A stretch of DNA of 64,000 nucleotides from Octopus sinensis (lineage: Eukaryota), in the NCBI RefSeq assembly GCF_006345805.1, contig NC_042999.1:10044001-10108000 (forward strand), in the 5' to 3' direction. Position 1 is the first letter of the stretch; the number at the start of each line of letters is the position of its first letter. The notes under the pieces were generated by a model, which had not been told where the DNA came from, did not search any database, and was given only the letters and a program-made list of their open reading frames with translations. Positions 12,355 to 25,792 of the stretch are shown one piece after another. Both the position numbers and the translations under genes were made by a program.

Positions 12355-12570
12355 TAATCCTTTCTACTAAAGGCACAAGGCCCGAAATTGGTGGTGGAGT
12401 TAGTCGATTACAACGACCCCAGTATTTCACTGGTACTTAATTTATCAACTCCGAATGGATGAAAGTCAAAGTCGACCCAGACGGAATTTGTACTTAGAAC
12501 GTGTAGACAGACGAAATGCCACTAAGCATTTCGTCCGGCGTGCTAACGATTCTGCCGGTTCCCCGCCTTA
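12355..12570 (-). mobile_element. Family-A SINE
   Basis: Standard tail, core and head in antisense. Confidence 0.8.
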
Positions 12571-12599
12571 TAATAACAATGATGGAGTCTCCCGTCGAC

Positions 12600-12885
12600 G
12601 ACGACGTATGAGCGTTCAACCTTTGCCGAACGACCTTTACAAAGGGTTTGTTTCTAGAGGTCAAATGTTCGTGCCGTCCATTATCTTACTCTCTCCATCA
12701 AATCAACATTGTCTGAATAGTTGCACAAGTCTACCACGTGTCAGGTGTCAAAGTGATCGCAGAGCAACGCGAGATGAAGTCTTTTGCGCAAGAACACAAC
12801 GCACCACCCGGTCTAGGAATTGAAACCATGACCTCGTGATCCTGAGTGCAACACCACTTGGCCATGCGTCCTCACATAATGATAA
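12600..12885 (-). mobile_element. tRNA-derived SINE (minor family)
   Basis: Antisense head GTGAGGACGCATGGCCAAGTGG...GGTTTCAATTCC. Confidence 0.55.
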
Positions 12886-12927
12886 TATTTAAAAAGGATT
12901 GACGTAACTCTTCACAAAAACAAACAG

Positions 12928-14551
12928 ACAAGAGGAAGATGGCGATGCGACTGCAATAGACATTTTATTGGTTGAACGATATTTCAACAGAAAGCCTGTC
13001 TTTGTTGAGTTTAAAATAAAAAGTGATAAAAACTCAAAATTATAAAAATTCAAAACTAAAATATGAACGAGAGCAACCAGCGTCCACGCGTTGGTGGAAT
13101 GACATCATCAGTGTTTAAGTTTCAATTTTATAACTGGCGAAAAGAAAAAGACTGAAAAAAGTGAGAAAAAGGAAAGAAAAAGAATATTTAATCAAACAGT
13201 TTTGTGTAAACTTGATGAAATCCCCATTCATTCCCCCAGGGCATGATGTTAATAACCTGCATTTCTCATGCATTTTTAGTATTGAAAGTGTAGCAGATTC
13301 AAAATATTTTCTGAGAATATGCATTTTCAAGTCTTTTTCAAACTTGCAGCCGTTTGAGGCAAAATGTTCGGCAGGTTCTGTCGACCTACTGTTATTGTGC
13401 CTGACGTCATATTTGTGCCCATTAAACCTTTTCTTTTATTGTTCTGTGGTACAACAAACATAAATCAAGTTGTGCTTTGTGCATTCTGCAGTGTACACCA
13501 AATGGGAACCTCTACATGTCCCACCTTCTGTATAAATCATAACATTTCTGTTATGATTCCTGATGGAATTCACTTGACTCATGTTGTTGCACAATGAACA
13601 GGGCTTACCTCTCTTGCGGCTGTTTCTCAAGGTACAGCGAGCACTTTTGAAATTCCGTTGGCATTTCAAAAGTGTTGTATAAAAGTTACCGGGATGTTGC
13701 GGAGAAATATCCTCGTTTCAAACGGATATTTCCTCAGCCGCCTATTGTAGCTTTTAGACAGGATAAAAGTACAAGAGAACTATTAACCTCTACTTCTGAC
13801 TCCAAGAAAACTAACATTGGAGTATCTGCACGTTGTACCTTGAAGAACAACCGCAAAAGAGGTAAGCGCTGTTCATCGTGCTACAACATGAGTCAAGTGA
13901 ATTCCATCAGGAATCATAACAGAAATGTTATGATTTATACAGAAGGTGGAATATGTAGAGATTCCCATTTGATGTACGCAGCTGAATGCACGAAACACAA
14001 TTTGTGTTGGTTGTACAACAGAACGATTTGACAAACTATTTAATGGGCACAGATATGATGTCAGACACAATAACAGTAATTCGACAGAACTTGCCGAATA
14101 TTTTGCCTCAAACGGCTGCAATTTTGAAAAAGACTTGAAAATGATTATTCTCGGGGAATATTCTGAATCTGCTACACTTTCAATACTAAAAATGCATGAA
14201 GAGAAATGTTTGCGGGTTATTAACATCACGACATGAAGGAATGAATAAAATGACAGGAGAATTTCATCAAATTTACACAAAACTGTTTGATTAAATATTC
14301 TTTTTACTTTCCTTCTTTTTCTTCAGTCTTTTTCTTTTCGCCAGTTATGAAATTGAAACTTAAATACTGATGATGTCATTCCACCAACGCGTGGACGCTG
14401 GTTGCTCTCGTTCATATTTTAGTTTTGAATTTCTATAATTTTGAATTTTTATCACTTTTTATTTTGAACTCGACAAAAACAGGCTTTCTGTTGAAATATC
14501 GTTCAACCAATAAAATGTCTATTGCAGTCGCATCGCACTCTTCGTCTTGTA
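12928..14551. mobile_element. Penelope-like element 3' end (GIY-YIG endonuclease plus terminal repeat) as a fold-back inverted pair
   Basis: Plus arm 13672-14551 encodes PPIVAFRQDK...GKRCSSC...LMYAAECTKHNL; minus arm 12928-13641 supplies HNLIYVCCTTEQ (GIY-YIG core); the arms are reverse complements; no RT part present. Confidence 0.85.
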
Positions 14552-14565
14552 TAATAATAATAATA

Positions 14566-14620
<55 letters not shown>

Positions 14621-15045
14621 AATAATAATCCTTTCTATAATAGGCGCAAGGCCTGAAATTTGGGGGAAAGGGATAATCGATTACATCGACCCCAGTGCGT
14701 AACTGGTACTTAATTTATTGACCTCGAAAGGATGAAAGGCAAAGTCGACCTCGGCGGAATTTGAACTCAGAACGTAGCGACGGGCGAAAAAGCGCTAAGC
14801 ATTACGTCCGGCGTGCTAACGATTCTGCCAGTTCGCCACCTTAATAACAATCCTTTCTACTGTAAACGCAAGACCTGAAATTTGGTGGGAGAAGACTCGT
14901 CGATTACATTGACCCCAATATTTCACCCCGAAAGGATGAAAGGCAAATTCAACCTCGGCGAAGTTTGAACTCGGAACGTAAAGACAGTCGAAACACCGTT
15001 AAGCATTTGGCCCGACGTGCTACCGATTCTGCCAGCTCACCGCCT
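14552..15045 (-). mobile_element. (TAA)n run followed by two family-A SINEs
   Basis: TAA 14552-14630; antisense SINEs about 14630-14843 and 14850-15045. Confidence 0.8.
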
Positions 15046-15104
15046 TAATAATAATAATAGTAGTAATAATAATAATAATAATAACAATAATAATAATAAT
15101 AATA

Positions 15105-15545
15105 AATGCCCTGATGCAGTACCAGGCAATGGCTCTCTTGGCTTCTGATCTTAACTGATTGGAAGTGTTATCATGTACATTGTTTTGTCTTGGTATAAAA
15201 GATGGGCTACAGCAAATATTCTGCTCAATACCACAGATTTGCTTGTCAGTTGTTTGACCTTAACCAGTTCAACATGTCCCTTGCTGGCTGATGATATGTG
15301 CATCTCTGATCATGAGCAGAAGTAGTGAGGGAGCATCATAGCTGTGTGTCGAGAGGGATTCTTTGGGGTTTGAATAATTCGCCTCTGGAAACATGGATGT
15401 TTCGTTCAACAACCCTTAAAAGCCCTTATTCAGGAACCTTTGAGCAGGATGGCTTACTCAACCTAGAGAAAATTCTAACTGGGCCTCACCTGCAAGGTCA
15501 TGTGCTGTTTATCTTGATGGGAGATCACCATGTTCCAGCAGAGGA
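15105..15545 (+). mobile_element. Unclassified interspersed repeat (second copy 57900-58440, minus)
   Basis: Long reverse-complement similarity between the two loci (e.g. GTCAGTTGTTTGACCTTAACCAG, GGTTTGAATAATTC). Confidence 0.7.
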
Positions 15546-16964
15546 ATCGAAGGGGTTCCACAGATCAAAAATGGTAAGGAAATACTGGCTTAAGATTTTC
15601 TTCAAACCCCGCCTCCGAATTTTTTTTTCTTTAGTATTTAATAAATAAATAAATAAATAAATAAGGTGCAGTCTCTGGATTTGTCTTTGGATATTTTGGA
15701 GAGTAGAGATGCACAGGAACAAAAATTAACCAGGTAACGAGGGGACTAAAAGATTAACAGTTGGACAGTATGAGAAGTTACAACAAATAGGTAGAAATTC
15801 GAAAGATGATGGGCAAAATAGAAACCCACATTTAAGATAACAACAAATCTTGTGCACAGTGAATTGTGTTCCGAACGAAGGAAAACGGAAAAGAAAAGAA
15901 ACAGTCTAACGTTTCGAGTGAATCCTTCATTAAAGTGTAAGAAAGAAATAAACAAGAAGAAAAAAGAACCAAGAAAAAAAAAGAAACGATACCTGTATAA
16001 AGTGTGTGTGTGCTTTTCGAGTACATGCTGCAGAATGTATGTGTGTGTGAATACTTGCAGTTAAGGTGTATATAAATGTAATTTTGTTTTTGCTTCGAAT
16101 TAACTTTTTCCAGAAAAGAATTACATATATTTATAATTAAAATTCCATTCCTAAAAAAGTGAAACTGAAACAAGAACTTCCTAAAATCAAACAAAAAAAG
16201 ACAAAAAGAAAAATGCCAAACAATTGATTAGATAATTAGTTAAGTATTAGCAAAAGGAAGTGAGGTATAACCAGCGCGTGTAGTTTTATTAGCAAAATGA
16301 CTCCCAAGGTATAATAATTTCTTAACAAATACAACTTTTAAAGATGGAATTTTAACTATAAATACATATTATGCATCATTTAGTTACGTACCTTGTTTTC
16401 ATTTTTTTTAACCTTCTGGTATAGAAATTCTGCCGAGGTAGATAAAACCAGATACCAGTCAAATACTAGGGTCGATATAATTGACTACAGCCCCTCTTAA
16501 ATGCAACGTTTTAAGCGCATGCCAGAAATTGATAAAAGTGAAACTAAAGTCATTTAAAATTTTCACACAACAAAGTAAGAAATGTTGTATACGGAAACAA
16601 ACTGTGTGTCGGTAGCCAGGCGGAAAAGAGGTTTTCCCGGGGCTAAAACAACAGTAACTTCGTCCTTTATACGACGACCGCCATGTTACGCTGGCATATA
16701 AACTTTACCGAAAGGAACAAATGCTTTGCAACTGAAATATATTTATATAAATGCCAAATGTAGACATGCCACAGACAAAATATGTTTAGATACAATAGAG
16801 AAGTACTGTTTGAAAAAAGGCAAAAAAAAAAAACGCCAAACAATTCATTAGTTAATTATATAATTAGTAAGCTATTAACAAAATGAAGCGAAATACCTTT
16901 CCAATGTATAATAATTTTTTATAAATACATTTTTTTTTCTTAAATGGAAAACAAAAAACATTCT

Positions 16965-17512
16965 TTTCTACTCTAGACACAAGGCCCGAAATTTGGGGAA
17001 GGGGACCAGTCGATTACATCGACCTCAGTCCGCAACTGGTACTTAATTTATCGACTCTGAAAGGATGAAATACAAAGTCGACCTCGGCGGAATTTGAACT
17101 CAGAACGTAACGACAGACGAAATATGGCTACGCATTTCGCCGGCGTGCTAACCTTTCTGTCAGTTCGCTGCCTTATCACAGATAATTCTTTTCTACACTA
17201 GGCATAAGGCCCGAAATTTTTGGGAAAGGGACCAGTCGATTACATCGACCCCAGTACGCAACTGGTACTTAAATATCTATTTCTTTACTACCCACAAGAG
17301 GCTAAACACAGAAGGGACAAACAAGGACAGACAAACGGATTAAGTCGATTATATCGACGCCAGTGCGTAACTGGTATTTATTTAATCGACCCCGAAAGGA
17401 TGAAATGCAAAGTCGACCTCGGCGGAATTTGAACTCAGAACGTAGCGGCAGACGAAATACCTCTAAGCATTTCGCCCGGCGTGCTAACGATTCTGGCAGC
17501 TCCTCACCGCCT
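16965..17512 (-). mobile_element. Family-A SINE monomer plus partial dimer
   Basis: Monomer 16965-17175; second element with the alternative-tail junction at about 17277. Confidence 0.8.
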
Positions 17513-18299
17513 TGGAAAACAAAAATATTGTAGATTCAGAACCTCAGAGAAGACCGTTTTTGGTAAAAATTACGGATGGAATAGTTTAAAAAGCCTCGCA
17601 AAAGTGAATAAGTTGCCCATTTTTAAATATTTTTTACCCATTTTAAATGTTTTTTTTTCTTTTTTACTCGTTCATTATTTATTACTTCTTCCCTTTTTCA
17701 TTTCTTCTTCTCCCCCCCCCATCTCCTTTCATTCATTACTTCTCTTTAATTTTCCTTCCGGTTGTTTCTTCCATCCTTTCCTTCCAATATTTCGTTTTCT
17801 CTCCAAGGTGGTTCGCTGGCAGAACCGTAACGGCGCCGGGTTAAATACTTCGCGACATTTCGTCCGTCTTTACGTCCCGAGTTCAAATTCCGCCCCTTCG
17901 GGGTCTCTGAACACTGAAGTCGATCTAATCGACTCCCACCCCTTCTCTCCCCCACCCCGAAATTACTGGTCTTGTTGTGCCAAAATCTAAAACCAATATT
18001 TCATCTTTCTTTCGCTCTCTCATCTCCTTCCTTTCTACCTGTCCCCTCTCTCTATCCCCTTTTCCCCTTTCTCATTCTCTTTTTTTCTCCCCCTCTCTTT
18101 CTTGCTTCTTTCTTTCTCACTTCTTCCCTGCAATCATTCATTTCTTTCTTTCGTTTCTCTCTTTCATTTCTTTCATTGCTTTTTCTTCTTCCTCTCTTTG
18201 TCTCGGTATTCTTTCCTCCTTCATCGCTCTCCCTTTCCTGTTCCCTTCCTTTTTCCTTCCCTGTTCCCTTCCTTCCGCCTCGACCCCTCCTTCCCTTTC

Positions 18300-18707
18300 A
18301 TCTTGTTTGTGTTCGGCCACCGGTTAACGACCAGCAAAACTGACCCTCCCAGGACCTTCACACATAATCGTCGAAGAAGAAAACCCCGAACTGAAACGGT
18401 CGCTTCCCACGCTCCCCTTTTGGCAGACGAGTCGCACCCTAGACTTAGAGACCCGAAGACGATGCGGAGAAAGGGATTAGCAACAGAAGCGACGGAAGGG
18501 GAGAGCAGGTACAACGGGAGAGAAAGGGGAGAGGTTGAAAATGGGGCAAGGGAGAGAGAGAGTGTGTGTGGTGTTATAGAGCAACAGACAGCAGGAGAGA
18601 GAGAGAGAGGCGGCGGTGGGGGAAGGGAAAGCCGAACAGAGACAGCGTTAGGCGGAACTAATGCATCAATTATATTATTGCCAGTCGCCGGCTGTAAATT
18701 TGAACAG
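18300..18707 (+). other. Candidate non-coding first exon / promoter islet
   Basis: CpG-rich unique sequence ending in the consensus donor CAG/GTGAGT at 18707/18708. Confidence 0.35.
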
Positions 18708-18810
18708 GTGAGTAAGTTAGCTTAGCTTGCAAAGATAGCGAGGGTGGAGAGGGTGGAGTGGGGGGAAGCAGAGGAGGAGGAGAAAGAGAGAAAGAAATAT
18801 AGAAAATACT

Positions 18811-18814
<4 letters not shown>

Positions 18815-18845
<31 letters not shown>

Positions 18846-19121
18846 AAACAAACTCAAAAGTGTGGTCGTCGCGTGGGAACCGGTAATTATTGAACTGTAC
18901 ACGCTCCTACAAATATTTATTACACTTAGATATACATACACACACACACACACGCACACACACACACACATATATATATATATACACACACACATGTATG
19001 TATGTATGTATATATATATATATATATATATATACACCCACACACCCACACACCCACACATACACACACACATATATATATATACACACATGTATGTATA
19101 TATATATATATATATATACAC

Positions 19122-19172
<51 letters not shown>

Positions 19173-19520
19173 ATATATATATACGCACACTCATGTATAT
19201 ATATATATATATATATTATATATACACACACGCACACTCATGTATATATATATATATGTGTGTGTGTGTGCACCATGTACTCGCATATATACATACGCAT
19301 ATATACATACGCATACACACATTTACTCACGTGCGCTTACACATACGCATACACACATTTACACAAACATGCGTATGCATACACGTATGAATGTATACTG
19401 GAACATATATATATACTTGCATACATATACTTGCATATATACACATATACATAGACACACGCACACACGTATTGACATACATACACATAATCACACGCAT
19501 ACGGTCGTGCATACACATAC
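18815..19520. repeat. TA/CA compound microsatellite
   Basis: Direct; source of many spurious ORFs. Confidence 0.95.
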
Positions 19521-20127
19521 TGACATCTAGGCTGTTGTGCACACCTATACATGCGCACAGCCGTACACTCACACACAGGCAAACAGGTAAAAGAGATGAG
19601 CTGTCTACCTGTCTGTTTACCTGTCTGTCCATTGTATTTTCTCACGGACTGCGATGTGAGCAAGATAACAGCACATTACTCATACAGCGGCTGCTTTTAT
19701 AACGAAACAAATTGCAAATAAGCAAAAAAAAAATAATAAAATAGGCAAATATTAAAAAAAAAAAAAAACAGGTATATACAGGTATAATTATAAAAGTTTC
19801 TCTATTTTGCTTCATTGAATATATTAATTATCATTACGGGTTGCGCGGGTGGGGGTGGGGTAGGATGGCAGATGGACGCCTCTTTTAGTGCGTCACTGTC
19901 ACGAAATACTTCTGTTGCATTCTTTGAAAGAGGAAAAATGGTTAACACCATTGCTGAGCTTGTGGACAACCGTCAACCATTATGGACTGGTAGATATACA
20001 CTCACTCACATATACATACATACATACGTTAAATAAATACGAAAATATATTCGTGTTTGTATACACACACTGATACATATATACATGCACATACGTGTGT
20101 GTATTTATACATGCGCGTATATTTATA

Positions 20128-20167
<40 letters not shown>

Positions 20168-20739
20168 CATATATATATTACATGCGCTATATATATATAT
20201 TATATATATATAATATATATATATATTATATATATATATATATATATAATATATATATATATATTATATATATTTGAAAATCCCACTAGAATGGGAGAAG
20301 CGCTAATACATGATCTAAGTTATATGATATATAAAAAATGTAATATACAAATAAATATCTGTAAATATAAACCATCCGATTTTCTGAGTACCTCATTTCT
20401 TCTAATATATATATATATATATATAAACATTCGTGTATAAATACAGACATACGCATGTATGCGTGTGCGTGTGTATGTATATATACATGGATATATGACT
20501 GTCTATATATGTATGTATGGCACCAGCCTCATCATTGTTTTAACTTACACATTCCCACACTAGCATGGGTCAGATTGATTTCGTTGAGGCAGATTTTCTA
20601 TAGCTAACTGTCCTTCCTGTCTATGCGCACAAACATAAACACACACGCATTATGTGTGTGTATATTATTTATGTACACACACATAAGTATACATTTATAC
20701 ATAAAAGTGTATCTGTTTGTGTGTGTGTGTTTACCTAGA

Positions 20740-22300
20740 GCTAAGTTTCAATTCCTCCACCCCAACTATCGCTGTCTTGATAGAGAATGGGCCTCATTTC
20801 GAAATACCATCACTGGAACAGTAAAAAGTGTCATTGATTTCAGCAAAAGGGGATTCAGTATTGGTTCTACAGCAACAGCAACAACAACAACGATGAAGAG
20901 CGCAACGCGAACATGACTAAAGATGGCGTCTTGAAAAGACCGGCTGTCAAAGACTCAAACATCAATATCAAGCTCAAAACAGAGTAAAACAGAACGACTG
21001 GTGGCAACAGAAAGCAATTAGGCTTTAGGTCTATCCAGATCTTAGAAATATCTTCGCCTGGACGATACAATTGTTTGACTCCGTTCACTCATCAATGGAT
21101 AAATCTTCTAACAGCAGACGACACCAGCAACCTGACAGATTCACGAGATAGCTTCTCTCGAATGCTGGGGGGAAACTCATTTTCCTCACTGTTGGAAGAG
21201 AAGTTAATAACAGCAGATGATTTCGTGAGAAATATCCGACGTGAGTCCGAGCAACTATGGATGGGTGCGCAACCATTATTTCGAGAGTGTGGAAACTCCA
21301 TGAATAGAGTGAAGCCACAAAAATCCCAGGAGCAGACGACATTTCTCTTGAATTACTGAAACACGGGGTGAGGGGCTACTTCTGAAAGCCAGGCTTTTCT
21401 CTTTGATCCTAAAAGCACGGGAAGATCACAGAGTCCCGAATAAATTTGGCAATTATTATCGTCATCTTCAAGAAAAGAGGTGGAAAATCTTGTGGAAATT
21501 ATCGTGGAATGTTATTGCTGCCCGTTGCAGGAAAAATATTTCAAGACTCGTTGCATAATTGACGAGTTTCAGTGTAAAAGAGAAACAACAACAGAAACCA
21601 CTTTTCATTGTCTTCTATGAAGGGCAAAAGGCTTTTGATGGTTTTATCAAGAGAAACCATGTGAATGGTTCAAAAGGCTTTGGTTAACCAAACGACTTGA
21701 CCTCAGTGGTGCAAGTATTGTACGAGGGTATGTAGGGTTGTGTTCTTTTATCAAAATAATCCCTCTAAACTTCCCGATTACATGTAGAATGAAGCGGGGT
21801 TGCATTCTTGCACCTTTGCCTTTCTTATACTTGTGTCTGTGACGTATTTTTAACATCCTCCAGGCAAACCAGAGCTAAACTATAAGGTTAGGGACCCTCT
21901 ATATGGTTGCTCTATCCGCTAGACATAAATTCTAAATCTATAAATGACATCCTCACTTTTAGCACTGTGATCGATAAATGCAATATGAAAAAAAAAGACA
22001 CAAGGATAGTCCTGGCTGGAACGCCTTCGATCATAGGTCTGCCCAATGGTCAGGGCTGACCTGGAGTAAAACAAGTTTAAGAGAAAGACGGTATCTCCCT
22101 GATAACGAACTGCTTTCGAAGTTCAAGAACTGAAAGATTGGCTGTGAGTATCGTATTGTCCGTGCATTCTCTGTGTGCCAACCCCCTTCACTTTGTTCGT
22201 CAATATTGACAAATGGACAATGGTCAGCAAAGTTTAGGACACGTTTAGAAACGTGTAACAACTCACCTGATAAAAAGAAAACAGTGTGTTTGCGGAAACG
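20740..22300 (+). mobile_element. Decayed RTE-clade LINE (ORF2 RT region)
   Basis: Fragments KQNDWWQQKAIRL, IPGADDISLELLKHG (about 21325), IIVIFKKRGGKSCGNYRGMLLLPVAGKIF (about 21460) and GCILAP; multiple frameshifts. Confidence 0.8.
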
Positions 22301-22485
22301 TGCCGAGAAGACGAGGATTTGTCATAAAGTACGAAGATAAAAACTAACAGGTTGGTAACATAATACAGAGTGTCAATACACGTTTCGTGTACGCTTCATT
22401 TCATATTAATTGGAATGGAAGTTGTGGCTTTCATTAACTGTTTCTTCACTTTATTTGCTTCCGGGTATATAAAGCTGCTAGCCAT

Positions 22486-22540
<55 letters not shown>

Positions 22541-22833
22541 ACACATTTAATTACGTTTAATGTCTACAGAAAATGTGGGCTCGTGTCCTTCGACCTTTTC
22601 TATGCCAAGGGGTTTTTAATCCTATATTTACACGCTATTATTTATAGCCCTATCTACTTCGAGTTCCACCGATAAAACCGAATTATTTCACGTCCTTTCA
22701 AAATCTCTAAATCCACTCACTCACAAATTCATATATTAAGTCAGTTTCTGAAAATATAATTTGAAAAATCTATTTCGCTAAACTTTGAAGCCATTCTCAC
22801 TGATAGGGACATTCAGTTAATGTTCCCTCTCAT

Positions 22834-22963
<130 letters not shown>

Positions 22964-23048
22964 AGCTGAAATTTATAGAAAAACAAAAGACGAAGATAGA
23001 TGTATGAACAAGCAGGTGTATTAGTTTGACGCTCGGGAAAATGGAAAA

Positions 23049-23088
23049 GTCTTTTACGTTTCGAGCCTACGCTCTTCAACAGAAAGGA
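23049..23088 (-). ncRNA. Minimal type-I hammerhead-ribozyme-like motif
   Basis: CTTT-CTGTTGA-A-GAGC GTAG GCTC-GAAAC-GTA-AAAG: stem I, core, stem II, palindromic stem III and a GUA triplet; core has A6U. Confidence 0.5.
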
Positions 23089-23197
23089 ATGAGAAAATAA
23101 ACTGATTAAGAATGCAAAAAACCTGTCGATTAAGGGTCAAAAACCTGTCGATTTACATATATATATATATATATTTTCTCCTTGTTTTTTTTTCTAT

Positions 23198-23240
23198 GTC
23201 CCTTTCTGTAGAAGAGCGTAGGCTCGAAACGTAAAAGACT
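23198..23240 (+). ncRNA. Minimal type-I hammerhead-ribozyme-like motif
   Basis: CTTT-CTGTAGA-A-GAGC GTAG GCTC-GAAAC-GTA-AAAG. Confidence 0.5.
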
Positions 23241-23336
23241 TTTTCTATTCCTGAGCGTTATACTAATACATCTGTTTATTTTGTACACCACCTGTCTTCG
23301 TCTTTTGTTTTTTTCGTAAATTCTCCTTGTATATCT

Positions 23337-23546
23337 CTTTTACTCTTTTACTCTTTTACGTGTTTCAGTCATTTGACTGCGGCCATGCTGGAGCACCGCC
23401 TTTAGTCGAGCAAATCGACCCCGTACTTATTCTTTGTAAGCCCAGTACTTATTCTATCGGTCTCTTTTGCCGAACCGCTAAGTGACGGGGGACGTAAACA
23501 CACCAGCATCGGTTGTCAAGCAATGCTAGGGGGACAAACACAGACA

Positions 23547-23604
<58 letters not shown>

Positions 23605-23775
23605 CATATATACGACAGGCTTCTTTCAGTTTCCGTCTACCAAATCCACTCACAAGGCATTGGTCGGCCCGGGGCTATAGCAGAAGACACTTGTCCAAGA
23701 TGCCACGCAGTGGGACTGAACCCGGAACCATGTGGTTGGTTAGCAAGCTACTTACCACGCAGTCACTCCTGCGCC
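23337..23775 (-). mobile_element. Family-B SINE, full length
   Basis: Reverse complement of 3469-3851. Confidence 0.9.
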
Positions 23776-23815
23776 TATATATATATATATTATATATAAT
23801 ATTATATATATATAT

Positions 23816-23847
<32 letters not shown>

Positions 23848-23931
23848 AATATAATTATTAGTTATTAGATAATAAAAGGAGAGGTAGCTTACTGATAATG
23901 CACGCTCACTTTCAGTGTTCGTTACGTATTT

Positions 23932-24222
23932 GGTTAATGAGAGCGGAAGATGGAAGATACGAGAAATTTTTATTAATCCTCGGGTGCAGATGTGCCTCTT
24001 CGGGTGATAAATGAAGCCATGTCCTTTAATTTGCTGAGAAGATACAGCTCGTTAAAATAACAGCTCCGCAATGTATCTATTTATTAGCCGAAGACACATA
24101 TCTACACCGCCGGAGGTTCCTGAACCAGTTAAGTATCCCACCCGTGAGGGATCGATGCAAGATGGGTCGAAACAGTTGTAGTGATTAATAAAAATGTTCG
24201 TATCTTCCATCTCTCATTAACC
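23932..24222. mobile_element. Small element with ~45-bp terminal inverted repeats, probably Penelope terminal-repeat derived
   Basis: GGTTAATGAGAG...GGAAGATACGA...TTTTTATTAATC at the left; reverse complement at 24183-24222; GAAACAGTTGTA motif just inside the right arm. Confidence 0.5.
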
Positions 24223-24259
24223 ATATATATATACACACATACACACACATACATGCATA

Positions 24260-24470
24260 TATGGGTATAGGACGTCACAAAACGTAAACATGAAATACGA
24301 AAACATGAAATCCGAAATACAGCATGAAATACGAAGAAAGTTATCTTTTGCAAACAACGAGAGAAACAAATGGAAAACAGGACAAGTAACAAAGAACGAC
24401 CCTTCATCAGTTGCCGGTTGTTTATCTACTCCACATTTCGAGCAGGTAATTTTTATGTTCACCTTAACAT
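24260..24470 (-). mobile_element. Interspersed repeat resembling a Penelope terminal repeat (related copy 51900-52080)
   Basis: Shared CCCTTC(A/T)TCAGTTG...TTTATCTACTCC(A/G)CATTTCGA block. Confidence 0.4.
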
Positions 24471-24559
24471 TGACGCCTAGTTAGAACACCTACAAATTCT
24501 GTATATCGACATCAGCGTCCGAAACGTAACTGCTACCTTAACTGCTGCCATTAAAAGAT

Positions 24560-24900
24560 TCGTGGATACTTCATCTATTATCCTCACACCTGCAATTAAA
24601 AGTGGAATGATTGCTTCTGACATTTAAAATATTTCAGAGAGAATATACCTGTGTTTCGCTTTGTTTCGACCTTAAATCCACTGTCAATATCTCTTACAGA
24701 TATATTCACTATCCGGGTCTCATGATTCACAACAGCAAAAGACACTAGTACCTTATGAACAAACGGAACAATGAAACCCTTAAACTTTCGAAGATGCAAC
24801 CGTAAATGTCGAGTATACCATTCTGCTGTGGATGGCATAACACCTGTAATTGGCAGCTGACCAAAACTTTTAGCCAAGTACCATCTTCCATTAATCTATG
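24560..24900 (-). mobile_element. Possible decayed R4-clade LINE fragment
   Basis: SGFKVET resembles GxLKxETE upstream of the zinc knuckle; weak. Confidence 0.25.
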
Positions 24901-25329
24901 ATGGTGTTGTTGCCGAAATGATATATAATGCCACCCGCAGAAAAGATTTCCCTGAGACAGATCTAAACAACACCTCCATTATAGAATATATTCATACATA
25001 GCAACACAAGGAATTTTGACGGAACATTTTCATTGAACAAGCAAATTGAAAATCGCTGTAAGAGATGAAAGCAGTAACTCTACAGAGAAGTAATGCTTGT
25101 CACCACTTCAACATGGCTGTTCTGTAGGAACCCAGCTGGTTATTCGATGCATCGAAGAGCCAGCTGGAGGAGGCGTCTACCTTGGGTTAAAATGGTAATA
25201 ACGTCGGTTCCTACGGAACAGCCATGTCCAAGTGGCGATAAACATTCATTTCCATCAAAGCTTTTGCCAAGTGTAACAAGTCTAATATAAGTTATTTAGG
25301 GAGAGAGAAGAATAATTATGTCCAGTGGT

Positions 25330-25500
25330 CGAGGAGGTCATCTGTCCTGCAGATTTCCAAGCTAAGACACCGGTTCTTCACACGTATTTTTCAGATTCAA
25401 TAAAAATATGCAAGACTTTTCCAGAGGGAGACACTCAGGGATTTGTTTCTTTGTTGGAAACCAGTTCCTTCCTTCATACAGGAATTCTAATAGAGAAAAA
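25330..25500 (+). mobile_element. R4/Dong-like LINE C-terminus and 3'UTR remnant
   Basis: TAAAAATATGCAAGACTTTT...TTGTTGGAAACCAGTTCC matches 29715-29820. Confidence 0.45.
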
Positions 25501-25760
25501 GAAAGAAGGAACCTGCATAAATTTGAGCAAGTCTTGTCGGTAGCCCGAGGGTTCCTACGTTGCCCGTTTTAGTGAGCGCGATCAGATGAGCCCTTGCCTC
25601 TTGAATGGGACGTCAGTGCGTCCTCCCAAGGTCACTCTTTTACAGGTAAGAGAAGATTCCAGTAACGGGGAATTTTGCTCACGGACACGACGCACTGCTT
25701 GGTCCGGGAATCGAAACCGATCATGAGCGCTACACCTAAACCACTTTGCTACTCACCTTT

Positions 25761-25792
<32 letters not shown>

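Noticed and set aside
14367-14400. Hammerhead in the Penelope 3' repeat (CTGATGA at about 14368)
   Set aside because: No stem II plus GAAA follows
18862-19702. Stack of overlapping 95-222 aa ORFs
   Set aside because: TA/CA microsatellite translations
25625-25650. Second AG/GTAAGA recursive-site motif
   Set aside because: Lies inside a SINE-like antisense repeat, so it is likely repeat-derived
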